A stretch of 62,690 nucleotides of DNA, filler included. It is 15 parts of 15 records of this genome, joined end to end, with 100 filler letters (N's around TTAATTAATTAA, not from the genome) between each part and the next. Parts side by side here need not be neighbours in the genome. Positions count along the whole stretch, not along the records: positions 1 to 5,085 come from SRR7504441_27960; positions 5,186 to 9,853 come from SRR7504441_28030; positions 9,954 to 13,180 come from SRR7504441_28229; 12 more parts are not named here. One strand, written 5' to 3'. Made by a program: the position numbers and the translations under genes. Under the pieces are notes generated by a model, which made no database searches, was not told the origin of the DNA, and was given only the letters and a program-made list of their open reading frames with translations. Position 1 is the first letter of the stretch. Each line of letters opens with the position of its first letter. Of the stretch, positions 1 to 12,025 are shown piece by piece.

Positions 1-846
1 TTCGTAGACACGCGTGGTATTCATCCACTCTCTTGCACCCCGTCGAACAGGAGGTGCCAGCAGGGATAAAGAAAGAGCAGAGGGTTTGGCACGTCGACGG
101 ATTCAATTGGAGCAAAAGAAGAACCAGCACGCAACGGGTTGCAGCAATTGCATTGTAGCCTTGGAAGGTGCCCCGGCAGAGGCAGTGCAAATCTCGAGAT
201 CCCAGGGCTTGCGTTGTCCTAGGCGCCGACCTGGCCCTTGGACGAGCTCGAGTAAACACCGAATTCTCATGCCAGCTGGGCAGGTCCGGCAGGAAGCCAG
301 GCTCGGAACATTCAGAGCCTGGGGCACCCCGTAGCACTGCGGGCATTGCTCGGTCTGATTTCGGGATTCAGGGGACGTTACAACTATGTTACAACGTAGA
401 GTGTAAATTCGGTTAATTAATTACTGGTAGATGTACATACATGTACCGGTACATGTAGCTCGAGCTAGAGTCACGATCAAGCCGGGGGGCGCTTGAACCC
501 TAGCCGCTTCCCTCCCGAACCGAGACACTGTAATTGTCATTTCATTTCATTATAATTATGTCTGCAGGTCTACCCCTATGCTCAAACAGCAAAGTTGACA
601 TTGATCCACACGCAATGATTCCTGCTATAAGAGTCGTGTAAGAGTCGTGCGGCTATAATCATGCTAAATGTACGGTACACGGACATGGTGCGCTGTACAG
701 GTAAAGCATGTAAAAGATCATGTAGCCTGGGGTTAAGCCCGGTGTCATTAGCCCGGAATCCCCACTACACCAATGTGCAACAATGTCCTGCAGTCAAAAG
801 AAGTTGGAGCATTGCTCTCTGTAAAAATTGACGATGCTTGTCACAC

Positions 847-3800
847 TCATCTCCAGCGCATCGACCCGGCTTGAGTCGAGATCAGCCACGAGCACCGCGA
901 GCTGGTCTGCTTGCACAATCGCCATGTGGTGCATAGTAAGTGCCTGTACTGGTCATTCACTACTAGCACGTTTACAAGGCAAATTGCCTGTAGCTGAGCC
1001 TCAGTGGCGCCAACAGTTACCGGCCCGAGGCAGCTGCAGCCCACCGCGTCATTCATTTTGACCCAACGCCGACCAATACCTTGCCATAAGCTCTCCTGTG
1101 ACCTCGACAACTAGCGCTGCATTCTCTCTCATTCTCAAGACGCAATTAAGGTACAACTCCAGTCGCTTCGGAGCGCCAGTGTTGCGTGCCATCACATCGA
1201 CTGCCTCCACTTGACTGTCGTGCAGCAACTGGCAGGCTTTGACAAGTCGTGTGCAGAGACTCTGCGCCTGAGCCACCACCTGCAGCTGGCCATCAGTACG
1301 CTAGGCCATCAATCAACGACCTCCGGGTCTGAGCACTTGAGATTGGTCGGAACCTTTAGAGGCGTGGCACTCTCAATCTCATTCATGAGCTCGAGTCCGA
1401 GGTTCTGGACAGCATTCTTGTCCTTGCTGCCGGCCCGCACCTGCCTCACACTGACACGACCATGCATTCCAGATCACCTTTGTATGTGCTGCGAGCGTGG
1501 CGAGCAATCGCATCTCTCTCAGGACTGGCTCGATCTGAGCGTCTGGATCTACACACCTGAGCGCCACTGTTTCAACAGATCAGGCGCATGCGCTCGCTCA
1601 CAGCACAAGCTCCACTCTGTGCGCCTGTTCAGTGATTGCGACCAGCCTGGCCAGCCCAGTTCGCTGCACTGCGATCCAGCTCTGATTATCCATGCTCAGA
1701 CCAGCCAAAGGTAGCTCAGCTTGTGCCAGCAGACTGATCAGCCCATCCGATAGCTGTACTGCATTCACCGCCGCAGCGCCAACCTAGATGTCTGTTAGAT
1801 GGATCATGTGACCACGCACCAGATCGTATTCGATTGACTCCGAGTTGTGATCGAGCACAAATGCTGAGTCCGATAGACCCTGGCTCCTCGCGGGGACAGC
1901 AAACAGTGGATGGTCGTACCTGCTGCAAGTTCAGGACCTCATCGGGTAGGGTCGTAGAGTGACTATTCAGAACTAAAGACTACTCGCACCCGAACCCGAA
2001 TCGCTCAAACAGCCTTGCAGCGAGCTGTGACTCTGGCCTGTGACCGGGTAGTCAGTGCTTGAGCCCTGCCAACAGCTTGCCTGCCGCGCAGCTGATCGAT
2101 GCAGCTGAGGATGCCGCTGCTCCCATTCACCAGCTCGATGATGGGTGTCCGTGACAGGGCATCCTGCCGTTCACACAGCCCATAAGTTTATCTCAAAGGT
2201 CTGCAGGATGTGAGCTAGGCGAGGCTAGTCTACGTAGCCAAGGTGCGCAGCCTTGCCTGATCTTGTGACGGCTCGAGACACACCGCCCTGGCAGTAGCCA
2301 GCCCTAGGAGTCGCTCAGCGAGAAGATTGCGCCACACTTTGGGTAAACCATCTGCCGGTCTGGCCCCTGACCGAGCCAACGGACTCGAATCCAACCCGCT
2401 CACCTGCCAAATGTCTGTGCACAACACCGTGAGGGCTGGACCTGCATGATCTGCAGTTCCGAGCCTGGTTTCGAAGGGGCGGTGCTCTTGTTCATCCGTT
2501 GGACCAGCCACTCCAAACCTGCGGCATACAGCCCGCGACACAGTGCATCCCTGCTGGCTGCACAGCCCTCCAACGCTCCAAGGTGCCACTCGGTCGGCGG
2601 GCAGCAGAGAGCTCGCTCTAGCGCCATCTGGTTCACACCAAGCGCAACCGCTGCGGCCTCTGTGGCTTCGCCGTTGGCCACCACGCATCTGGCCTCGTTC
2701 AACGGCTCAAACTGTACGTTGCCCAAGTGGAGGACCGCTGCCAGGATCCGCCAAAGCCCGGTCTGCTGCTTGCGCCCAACTTCAAGCACTGTCATCGCCG
2801 CCTGCAACTGATCGAAGTCCTGAACTTTACCGGGCGGGGCGCAGTCGGCCAGCGTGCGGAAGAACTGCCAGCCCTGTCCGAGTCCGAGCTGCGTCCTGAG
2901 CTCTGGAGGAGCCCCTGCCAGACACTCGATTGGGTCAGAAAATGGGCTCACCAGTGACAAGTTCGTAAAACACTCTGAAGTTGGACTGATCCGTGGGCGG
3001 CCCGATCAGTCGGGTCTCTTCGAGTGCCTCTAGACTAACCGTGAGCCCTGCAGCAGTTCGTTACCTGCATGGCCGTTGGGGACTGCCTGTGAGGGAGCCG
3101 TCTGCCCCGAAATGGACTGAACGCGTGACAACTGCCCTGGTCGACTCCGGGCTCCCAGGCAGCGCCGCGGTCAGCCACGACTGGAGCAGCGTGCTGGCCG
3201 CCTGCGTCCGATCCTCGAGGGGTATCGGGTCCGAGCGAAGCCCAGCCGGTGCCCTCGAGAATAGAAAGCTGACCGCCTCCGCAGCTGCCTCAGACTTGCC
3301 CGCCCCGTGTCGGCCATACAGCAGGACCAGCTGCGGAGAGCCCGAGCGCAGGCACCTTTCGGGTCAGGCTCAGAGTTTGGGTCAGGGCCACACACCGGAC
3401 GTACGCAGCATTCACTCGTTCAAATAGGTGGGGCGGCCGGTCGGCCCCGGAGCCGCTGCAGTACCGGCGTTTGGCCTCCTCTCCGTACAGCCCGAGTCCC
3501 GGCCGGACCAGCCCTTGAAGCAGCACCCCCTCGCCGGCGCTGGTGCCGGGCATCCTACGGGCCGCCCGCTCGCGCGTGTTGTGCGCTAGATCCGGGAGAG
3601 TGAGACGGTGCTCGGTGAGGTCGGCCGCTGTCCCCTGAAGCACTACGGCCGCTGCCGGTGTCAGGTGCCGCCGCTGGGTCTCAAACAGCTCGCCCGGGCC
3701 GACCAGCGGCGCCACCTGCGCTCGGTGAGAGCTCACCCGGGCCGGGCGGCACCGCGCAGCTCGAGCCGGCCAGCTCGGTCTCGAAGGCACACAGGGTGGC

Positions 3801-3893
3801 AGGACCGTCGCCCGGCGGGTGATGCCAGACCGGCGTACCCTGTGCTAGCCGGGCAGGTACCGGCGAGCCGATCACGTCGGCCCAGCATTGCAT
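847..3893 (-). CDS. Highly divergent myosin motor-domain protein, multi-exon (ends approximate)
   Basis: Spliced fragments read PPHLFERVNAAY, LLYGRHGAGKSE (P-loop), LEETRL...SNFRVFYELVTGAPPELR, WRILAAVLHLGNVQF and SRDALCRGLYAAGLEWLVQRMN, all in myosin-head order. Short introns separate them, e.g. 3048-3086. Confidence 0.75.
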
Positions 3894-4432
3894 CACTGTC
3901 ACACGAATCCCTACACTCGTACTGTCAGCTGACTGTAGACTCTACTTTACAGCTGTAGTAGTCTATAGCTAGTAATAAGTACCGGTAGATCTAGCTGTAG
4001 ACTCTAGACCTAAAGCTGTATATAACTGTACAGCTCTGTACAGCTGTACTTGGTACTACTCGTATACAAAGTACAGGTAGGAACCTAGGGTCTAATACCC
4101 TAGGCTTGCAGTGCCTGGCACATTACAAGATTGTCGAGTGATCATGATATCAGGTGCCTCTATTCATTATTCTACCTCTATTCATTACCGTACAGTACGT
4201 AAATTCGTAGAAAATTTGTAGACAATCATAGATTCCGTGCTTATAATGTGGCAAAGTTATACATTGTAGTCTTATATTCGCCTCCTATTGCATTCGGGGT
4301 TCTCTATAATTACTAGTATAATTACACATCTCATGCGTGTCGCGGTCGTGCAAGGAGCAACGAAGTGTGTCAGGAGTCGCAGGATCTAGGAGTCATAGTA
4401 TTTCAGGAGGCGGCTTGATTTGAACGCAACAA

Positions 4433-5085
4433 TCAGTTCTCTTGATCAAACTCCTTTGCGTCACGGAAATGCTGGAGCATGTTTACCACGTTCTTGTGCA
4501 TCACCATCACTCCCTTGGGCTTTCCGGTGCTGCCGCTCGTATAAAGTATGTATGCCAAAGAATCCGGCTTCTGTGATTCGGTCATGGCAATCCCGTCTTT
4601 GGCGGCTCCGGAGGTATCGCCAAGAGTTTTAACCAGATTACCCTGCTCGTCCAAGCAGATGACAACGAGTCCCTTGTCCAGGGCAACCTTTACCACTTGG
4701 GCGTCGCTTTGGGCCATCATGGTCACAAGGACGTCGCTTTTCGAGTCTTCAAAGATGTATTCCTGCCGGTCGAGCGGATAAACCGGATCGATGGGCACAT
4801 ATGCGGAGCCCGATTTCAGGATCCCGACCTGACCGACCAGCATGGCCAACGATCGGTCGACGTTGATGGCTGCAAAAGGTTGATCATTCTTGCCTGCGGT
4901 GGCCGCTCGAATTGCTTCGGCCACTGTGTCAGATCTGGCGGCGAGCTCCCCGTAAGTAAGATAGCGGCCAGTTTGGTCAAATTCGACCGCGACAGCACTC
5001 GGGTTGAAGGCGGCTTGCTCGGCAATAAGATCATGGATCAAGCGGGAATCACCGATCCCGATGTAGGGTTGCCCCCCCGCCGAAT
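4433..5085 (-). CDS. NRPS-type adenylation (AMP-binding) domain fragment; open at the contig edge and stopping just after motif A3
   Basis: LTYGEL (A1), ILKSGSAYVPIDP.YP..R (A2), LAYILYTSGSTGKPKGV (A3). The frame is open to the linker, then hits TGA at 4433-4435. Confidence 0.85.
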
Positions 5086-5185
5086 NNNNNNNNNNNNNNN
5101 NNNNNNNNNNNNNNNNNNNNNNNNNNNNNTTAATTAATTAANNNNNNNNNNNNNNNNNNNNNNNNNNNNNNNNNNNNNNNNNNNN
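5086..5185. other. Artificial contig linker (44N-TTAATTAATTAA-44N). Also at 9854-9953, 13181-13280, 18485-18584, 22890-22989, 28655-28754, 32248-32347, 36070-36169, 39338-39437, 44576-44675, 48561-48660, 51691-51790, 55975-56074, 59586-59685
   Basis: Identical 100-nt spacer with stops in all six frames, present 14 times. Confidence 0.99.
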
Positions 5186-5612
5186 CAATTGACAAGCGAC
5201 GGAAGATTTTAGTTTTCATGTTTAGTTTGTTTTTTACATGCGGGCCTCCATCCTGCCACCGGCGCCGGCGAAGCAGAAGGCACGGTCCGCTCCATTGCAC
5301 GGGGTGATACATGTAGTAGCTCTAGGCCACCCACCTAAGCTTAGGTAATTATTTACCACCTGATTTACAACCAATTTGCTACTCCAATTATATCAAGTCA
5401 TAATTCTCTTAGACAATCGATTTTATGAAGGTTGCGTAACTTTGATGCATCCTGCTATTTAAGTTATAGGAACTAGAAGCAGGTGATTGTGAGGTGATTG
5501 CTCTCTTGTCTCGCGTGTCTCGTCACCGCCCTAGGGTAGGCACAAGACATAATCAATACTCGAGTACTGCAATACTGGGCATTCAGTGTAAAGCACTAGT
5601 GAAACACGAAAA

Positions 5613-8600
5613 TCAGAACGGAATGCTCATGTCTTCATCTTGGAGGTTGCAAGCAGCAGCGACTGACTGCACTGAAGCCGGCACTTGCAGCTCGAACCAG
5701 TCGGTCTTCCCACGATCAGCGCGCGCAGCATAGATCGCCTCCTTGACCGCAAAGAACGCCGAGATGGCCAGCGGCATCGCCGGCTCCGCGCACGCCTGTA
5801 GGCCGACTCAGGCCAGCCTGGATTAGTTTAGTTCCTTGGAGCCGAGGATCGAGTTGCGTGAGGTGTTGCGGTGTCCCTCGAGCAGTGACACGTTGAGTTT
5901 GATTGGGATGTCCAGAGCCGACGGGATCTTGTAGTTCCAGCTGCCCAAGTTAAGCTGCTCACCCGCAGCCGACCAGAGCATCTGCCGACACCAGGTTTGG
6001 CCATTCAGCACGCCTCCGGGCACCTCCTCGGTGAGCAGGTAGCCGAGCGCCATCACGTAGCCTCCCTCGAGCTGCCCAATCGCAATGTCTGGATTCAGCG
6101 GCTGGCCGAGGTCCATCACGATGTCAGTCTGGAGGATCTGCACCTGAAACAGCCTCTATCAATATACCGGTCTGACCCTGGTCGGTACCTCGCCAGTGAG
6201 GACGTCCACTTCGGCCTCGGTGGCTGCAACTCCGTACGTGGCATAAGCGTTCAAGTTGTCGTCGGTCTTGTTGTCATACCTACGCCTCGCGTGTCAGACA
6301 CAGTTTAAACTAGAGCTATATACCAGCCCGAAGCCGACAGCGGCTCGCCGGCAGTCAGCGCCGCAGTCACTTGATCCGCGAACGACTGGCCGGGCTTCTG
6401 ATACTTGGCCAGCGTGCTCGCAAGCGAAGCGCACGCCTGCCGGACTGCTTCGGCAGTGCATTCGGTTGTGCCACTGCCGCCAGTCCCGGTGTTGTTGGGT
6501 GTGGTGGCCGTGTTGGTGTCTTGGATGATCACAGCACTGAGAGGTACTCCAAGTGTGCCAGCAGCCACCTGAGCCGCCACTGTGTTGAGCCCCTGCCCAA
6601 TCTCGCATCCGCCGTGCGACACGGCCACAGAGCCATCGGCGTAGATGTTGACGAGCGCGCCGGACTTGTAGAATGGCAGGCCCATCCCGTACTTGACCGG
6701 CTGGACGGCGAGCCCACGCTTGCGCCACTTGTTAGCAGCGTTGAATTGAAGCACGGTCTGCCTGCGGGCGGCCAGCTGGGCCTGTTGCTCGAGCTGGGAG
6801 AGCAACTGTGGGATGGTCCAGTCAAAGTCCTGAGTCCCGATGTGGTCCCCGTACGGGGTGGTCTGGCCACTCTGGTACAGATTGGCTTGCTGCACCTGCC
6901 AGTGCGGGAGCCCCACTGCGCGGGCAGCGCGCTCGATCACCACCTCGTGGATCAGCTGCGACTGGAGCACGCCCGGGGCTCGCTGCGAGGTGAAGTGCAC
7001 GTGATTCGAAGTGACCGGCTTGCACTGACAGTCGTAGCTAGGCGTGTAGTACACGTTGTCCGAAAACTGGACAGCCATGGTGCCATCACCCACACACTCG
7101 CCCACAAACGGTCCGCAGTCCATAGAAAGGGCCATGCTCAGCTGGTTTATCTTGCCGGTGCTGTCGCAACTGGCCGAGTACTTGGTGCACTCGATCGGCT
7201 CCCGGCCTCCAGTACTTCTCATATCCAGCACCTGCACCCACCGGCTTGCCCCAGACAGCAAGCGCGCACACCCGCTCATTCTGCACTGCCACTGGCCGTC
7301 CTGCCACCGGCTCACACAGACCCGCTCCAGGCCAGCACCGTGCTTGATTGCTGCGACAGCAGCCGCGGCCGCAGCTGGTGCCTGTCGATTGAGCTTTCCC
7401 CCAAACGCGCCACCCGCTCGGCGCGTGGTCACAGTCACTTTGTGCTGAGGCAGGCCGACCACCGCAGCCACGGCGTGGCAGGTGTAGGCAGGGTCCTGGG
7501 TCGAGCAGCTCAGCTGCAGCCGGCCCTCATTCGGCACAGCCAACACTGATTGCGTTTCCATGTACCTGCCAGACGCTGGCCGCTCGACCCGGCTGGCCGC
7601 ACCAGTGGCTCTGTCCGCCAGTGGCCAGCGAGCCTTCAAAGCTGTGCGCTGACTCGCCGGGTGGCTGCTCGCCGCTGGCCACTCTGACAGTCCCGTCGTG
7701 ATCCGGCTGGTCCAGCTGGGCCTTGAGCACAGGATGCACCCGCCGCCGGACCAGCCCCTGCCCGGACGGCGTCAGCCCCGGCCGCTGCTGGGCGTACCCC
7801 TGTCCTCGCCAGCGTGTCGATGGTCTCGCGGATGGGCTGCGGGCTGGGTTGCCGGCCCGGATGACTCGAGTAGCTGATCTGTACGGCTTGGGCAGCTTCA
7901 CGAGCACCGGCCTGCCGCACTGATCATGCCCTGGTTGGACGGCCGAGTGCGAGCACCTGGCTGTTGGCCAGCACCAGTGCGACCGCGGCCCCCTGGCTCC
8001 AAGAGACGTCACCAGGCCCGAAGAAGAGTGGCTCCTTGAACGGCAGCTGATTTCGCTCGGCCGGCAAGTCGCTGGCGGTGAGCACGTCCACCACTCCGGG
8101 CATCCGGAGCGCTTGGTCGGTCTGAACCGCCTGGACGGTCCCACCGGCCTGCTCGGTCACGGCCAGGGCACCAAATAGCGCGCCTTCGGGCAGCTGATCG
8201 CTTGGGTAGATGGCTTCGCCAGCCGCCTGCACAAGGTGAGAGCACGTTCAGGGAGGCCTGACTGGCCTGCTCGAGCGCTGATAGCTTGATCACCGGCTGG
8301 CCGATCGGACCGGTCACCGGCTGGAACTGCTGTTTGCCCGACGAAACGGGGCGGTCCTCGGCTGCAGCAAATCCCTCTATGGCAGACTGATACCGTGACG
8401 GGAGCGGCCCGCCGGCAGCCAGGAGCCACTTGTACAAGAAGCCCTTGGCCAGCCGGAGCCGGTACTCTGTCGAGCTGCGCGGGTCGGTGTTTGGACCGTT
8501 GGCCGACACATCTCTCTCGATAGCTTTGAGTGCGGATGCCAGGCTTGCGGAGCTGACTGGCTGGCCAGCGAGAGTAGCCTCGGTCTGAGTGGCCCGGAGC

Positions 8601-9830
8601 AGCCCCCGGTCGAGCACTCCGCCGATGAACAGTCGGCAGGAGGCCAGTTTGTGCTGAGGGTCCAGGCAGGCGCTCATGGCCATATTGACAATTGCGTGTG
8701 AGTTGACGTGACGCTGTGCTGTCTTCTCAGACCGGAACAACGTGCCAGTCAGTGGCGGGACAAGGCCCTCGAGCACTAGGCTGTACTTGGGGCAGCCATC
8801 CGCCACCAGCCGCTCCACTGGCACGCTCTCTGTGTGCTCAGCAGAGCTGGCCAGCGTGATCGTCACGCCGGCAGCAGCAAAGACTGTTGCGATGTCTGAG
8901 CAGAATGCAGGGTGGCTCGAAGCCAGGACCAGGTTGCCGGCCCAGCTGCCCACGCTCCGGACCTGCTGATTAGCTACCCGTAGCAGGTGCCGACGGACAG
9001 CCTTCTGCCCTGCACTCCCCTGGTCCAGCTCTGCAATCAGCCGCTCCAGGGAGACCCCTCCCCCCACCCGCAGACTGCCATCCGGCTGGCGCGAGACCGC
9101 CTGCAGCTCCGTCAGGTACGACAGGTCCACAGTCTGCCCGGTGCTCGCCCCGAGCGGCCCGTAATACTTTGCCACGCCGATCGAGGTGTTGGCCTGCACC
9201 AGCCGGATAGGCTGCCCTGCCTTCTGGGCGGCGGACATGATCGGCCACAGCTGGGCCAATTGGCGGGGCTGCCAGAGCTCGAGCTCGCCGTTCGAGTACT
9301 TGACCAGCTGGCTCGAGCCAACTGCGCTGGGCTGCGGCTCCACTGGTGGCTGCGGCAGATCGAGCAATCCTTCCATCCCCTCGAGGATAGGGCGGTAGCC
9401 AGTGCATCTGCAGAGGTTGCCGTCGCAGGCCTGTTGGAGCTGGGCCTTGGTCGGAGCCTCGCCTTGCTGGAGCAGGCTCCAGATGTTCATAACCCAGCCG
9501 GGTGAGCAGTAGCCACATTGACTGCCGTTCCCGAGGGCCAGCGCCTTTTGTACTGGATGGTACCCTGCCCGGGCTCCGCCGAGGCCTTCCACCGTCATCA
9601 GATGTTTGCCGGAGACGCTCACCAGCAGCCGCAGGCACGAGTTGATCCCCTTCCACCCGGTCTTACCGTCGTCCGACATTGCCACTGTGCACGCCCCGCA
9701 GCCGCCCTGCCCCGGCTCGGCCATTCACCGCTGGCGGGCACCTCGTTGCAGCCTTGTTTGGTACCGGTGAGCCGGGCCCCCTCCCTCAGCCAGTGCACCA
9801 GCAGTGTGCTCGGCTGCCCCCCAGCTCGCC
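5613..9830 (-). CDS. Molybdo-flavoenzyme of the aldehyde oxidase/xanthine dehydrogenase family, about 10 introns, 5'-truncated
   Basis: 2Fe-2S motifs GTKQGCNE|GGCGACTV, QCGYCSPG and GNLCRCTGY; FAD region; Moco motifs GGAFGGK, RAPG, EIGQGLNT, DIAIGQLEGG and GSK|ACAEP. RAPG and the lack of Glu after GGK (GGKLN) resemble aldehyde oxidases more than XDH. Confidence 0.93.
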
Positions 9831-10190
9831 CCCCCCCCCCCCCCCCCCCCCCCNNNNNNNNNNNNNNNNNNNNNNNNNNNNNNNNNNNNNNNNNNNNTTA
9901 ATTAATTAANNNNNNNNNNNNNNNNNNNNNNNNNNNNNNNNNNNNNNNNNNNNATGCTGTCGTCCATGAGTCGAATCTGGCATGTTGCGATGTTAGTGAA
10001 TCCTCATACTAGGCAGTGCGGCCGCGGCACTAGGCAGTAACCGACTAACATTTAGTTCAGTTATAGTTCGGTTAGTTGTACATGTACTCGTATTTACGAA
10101 TTTAGTAGTGGCGCCACACGCTCAGCTATACACGAGGCTGCAATACTGACGAGTATACTCGTACACATCTAACTAACATCTAACTGACTC

Positions 10191-11914
10191 TCAGCCCACC
10201 AATTGAATGAGAGCAAAAGCAGAAGGCCTCAAGTGCACCTCGTCTGAGACTAGAATTTCGCTGCTGTACGCCACATCGCCATAGCCGGCCTCCGAATCAA
10301 CTGTGTGGATAGTTCCGTGGGCCGCGCCGTGCACAGTTGCATTGGCAGCAGATGTGTTGGTGTTGGCTAGCAACACAACCCGTTTGCTCCCTGCGGCAGA
10401 CCTGGGAGCTTCGCCGCTCAGCTCGAAACCGATGGCATAAATGGCTGATGGTAGAGGCCATGAGCTATTGGCGGTGTCGACGTCTTCAATCTGGGCCGGG
10501 AAAACTCGCTTCAGGCCATTGCCGAGAATGTCAATGGTCATTTGGAGCGCCCAGGTCCGTGCCGTGTCAGAGCCGTTGCCACGCCAGTCCATCATAGAGA
10601 CGCACGGGAAGTTGTTTGCTACTGGCGATCCACGGATCGTCCACTGTGCTTGAGGGTACCCGGTCAGCTGCGAGGCAGCGATGGCGGTACTTCCCAAACG
10701 TGCAAGTTCGCCATAGTAGTATCCCCAGAGACTAGCTGCTATATTCCAGTACAGGCGATCACTGCTGAACAGTGTGGAGATCGGACAGTGCTTGCCCCCA
10801 ATGATTCCCACCTCGTCGACGTTAATTTTGACAGAAGGGCCACCAAAGCTGCCTGCTGCTACTAATTGGTTCACATGCTCTGCTCGGCGGACGAATTGCT
10901 GTGCTTGCTTGAACAGATGATACGGCCACTGCTCGATCGGTGTATTGGCATTCAGGTCCTTCCACGGGTCCTGCGGGCCAGTCAAGCCAATTTGCATGGT
11001 TGTGAACAGGGGCACGCACAAAGGACGGGAGCGCGCCCGGTATGGCGTAGAAGTGGTAGGTGACATACTCTGGCGGCTTGATGCCAGCCCGGTGGTTGGT
11101 TGCATTGAAAAAGAATCGAAACCAGTCGTCATCAAAGATCTTGGCTTCGTCCACACCCTGACTGTCCTTGCCGCCCCCTTGCGCCAGGCACAGTGCGGAG
11201 ATTGCCAGCTGCGGATGATCTCGAGAGAGCACCGACACAATTCCATCGTACAGCTGGGTGTACCGTACATAGTTGGGCACAAGAGGGTCGGCACCGAGAT
11301 ACGACTTGAGGTTGGGCTCGTTCAGCACCTCGTAATTCTCCCAGCGCAGCCTGTACAGGCAAGATGAGGCTCACCAGCGTGTGTGGCGCCACTACTCGCC
11401 TGTGAGGGCTGGTGTAGTTCCTGCCAGTCCGAGGGTCCTGAAAGCCTCCGCGGGTGTACCACGAGACAATCCTGGAGATCCACTCTCCGAGCTCGCGTCC
11501 ACTCGAGTCCCGCAGTGGCCGGCCGCAATCGCCGGCCTGGTGTAGCCAGCAGGGCGCCGCGTCGAAGTTGATGACAGCGTTGGCAGCGTTTCGGCTAGAC
11601 ATGAAGTCCATCACATATTCGTCAGTGAGTGTAAAGTTGAAGACTCCCTCGGCCAGCTCCGGGAAGGGGGCCTGTGAGTGGCTCCAGTGCAGGTAGCGCA
11701 CCAGCTTGGCGCCCAGCCTGTCCATACGGCGGAAGACTGCGTCGTGGATGGGCGACTCACGGTCCATTGACGGATTGACCTGGTCGAGATAAGTGGGTAT
11801 GGCCAGCGCGCGAGTGGCCAGCTCTGGGCTGGCCCAATCGACTCCGATGCGAGGCACCGCACCAACAACGGTGGCCGCAAGCACCCAGCGATACAGTCGC
11901 AGTCGCATTGCCAT
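10191..11914 (-). CDS. Secreted clan GH-A glycoside hydrolase (GH39-like), one intron at 11351-11399
   Basis: Signal peptide MAMRLRLYRWVLAATVVGA; YEVLNEP (acid/base-like); YVTYHFY; INVDEVG (nucleophile-like). A GC-AG intron joins ORFs 11132-11914 and 10191-11294. Confidence 0.75.
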
Positions 11915-11947
11915 TCTAACGGCAGCTCATGAGCTGATGAGCTGCAC

Positions 11948-12025
11948 TGGTACACGGTGCTCCAGGTCGGGCAGCCGCGATGCAGCCGGAGCAGATGGAT
12001 TGGTACACGGTGCTCCAGGTCGGGC
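11948..12025 (+). repeat. 25-bp perfect direct repeat (11948-11972 and 12001-12025)
   Basis: TGGTACACGGTGCTCCAGGTCGGGC occurs twice, 53 nt apart. Confidence 0.95.

Noticed and set aside
14-416. ORFs at the start of the window
   Set aside because: Short, with no recognisable motifs or consistent coding signal.
481-530. tRNA T-arm-like GGGTTCAAG on the minus strand
   Set aside because: No paired T-stem or acceptor stem.
721-778. tRNA or tRNA-derived SINE on the minus strand (A-box-like TGGTGTAGTGG)
   Set aside because: The B-box is degenerate, the spacing is too short, and I could not fold a cloverleaf.
6371-7549. Long antisense ORFs (e.g. 6371-7549 +, 36845-38122 +, 37325-38446 -) as overlapping genes
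   Set aside because: They are shadow frames of GC-rich coding sequence, or run-throughs of two head-to-head genes, with no motifs of their own.
9828-9853. Poly-C tract as a functional element or poly-Pro/Gly coding stretch
   Set aside because: It is a homopolymer at a contig end, most likely intronic or the cause of the assembly break.
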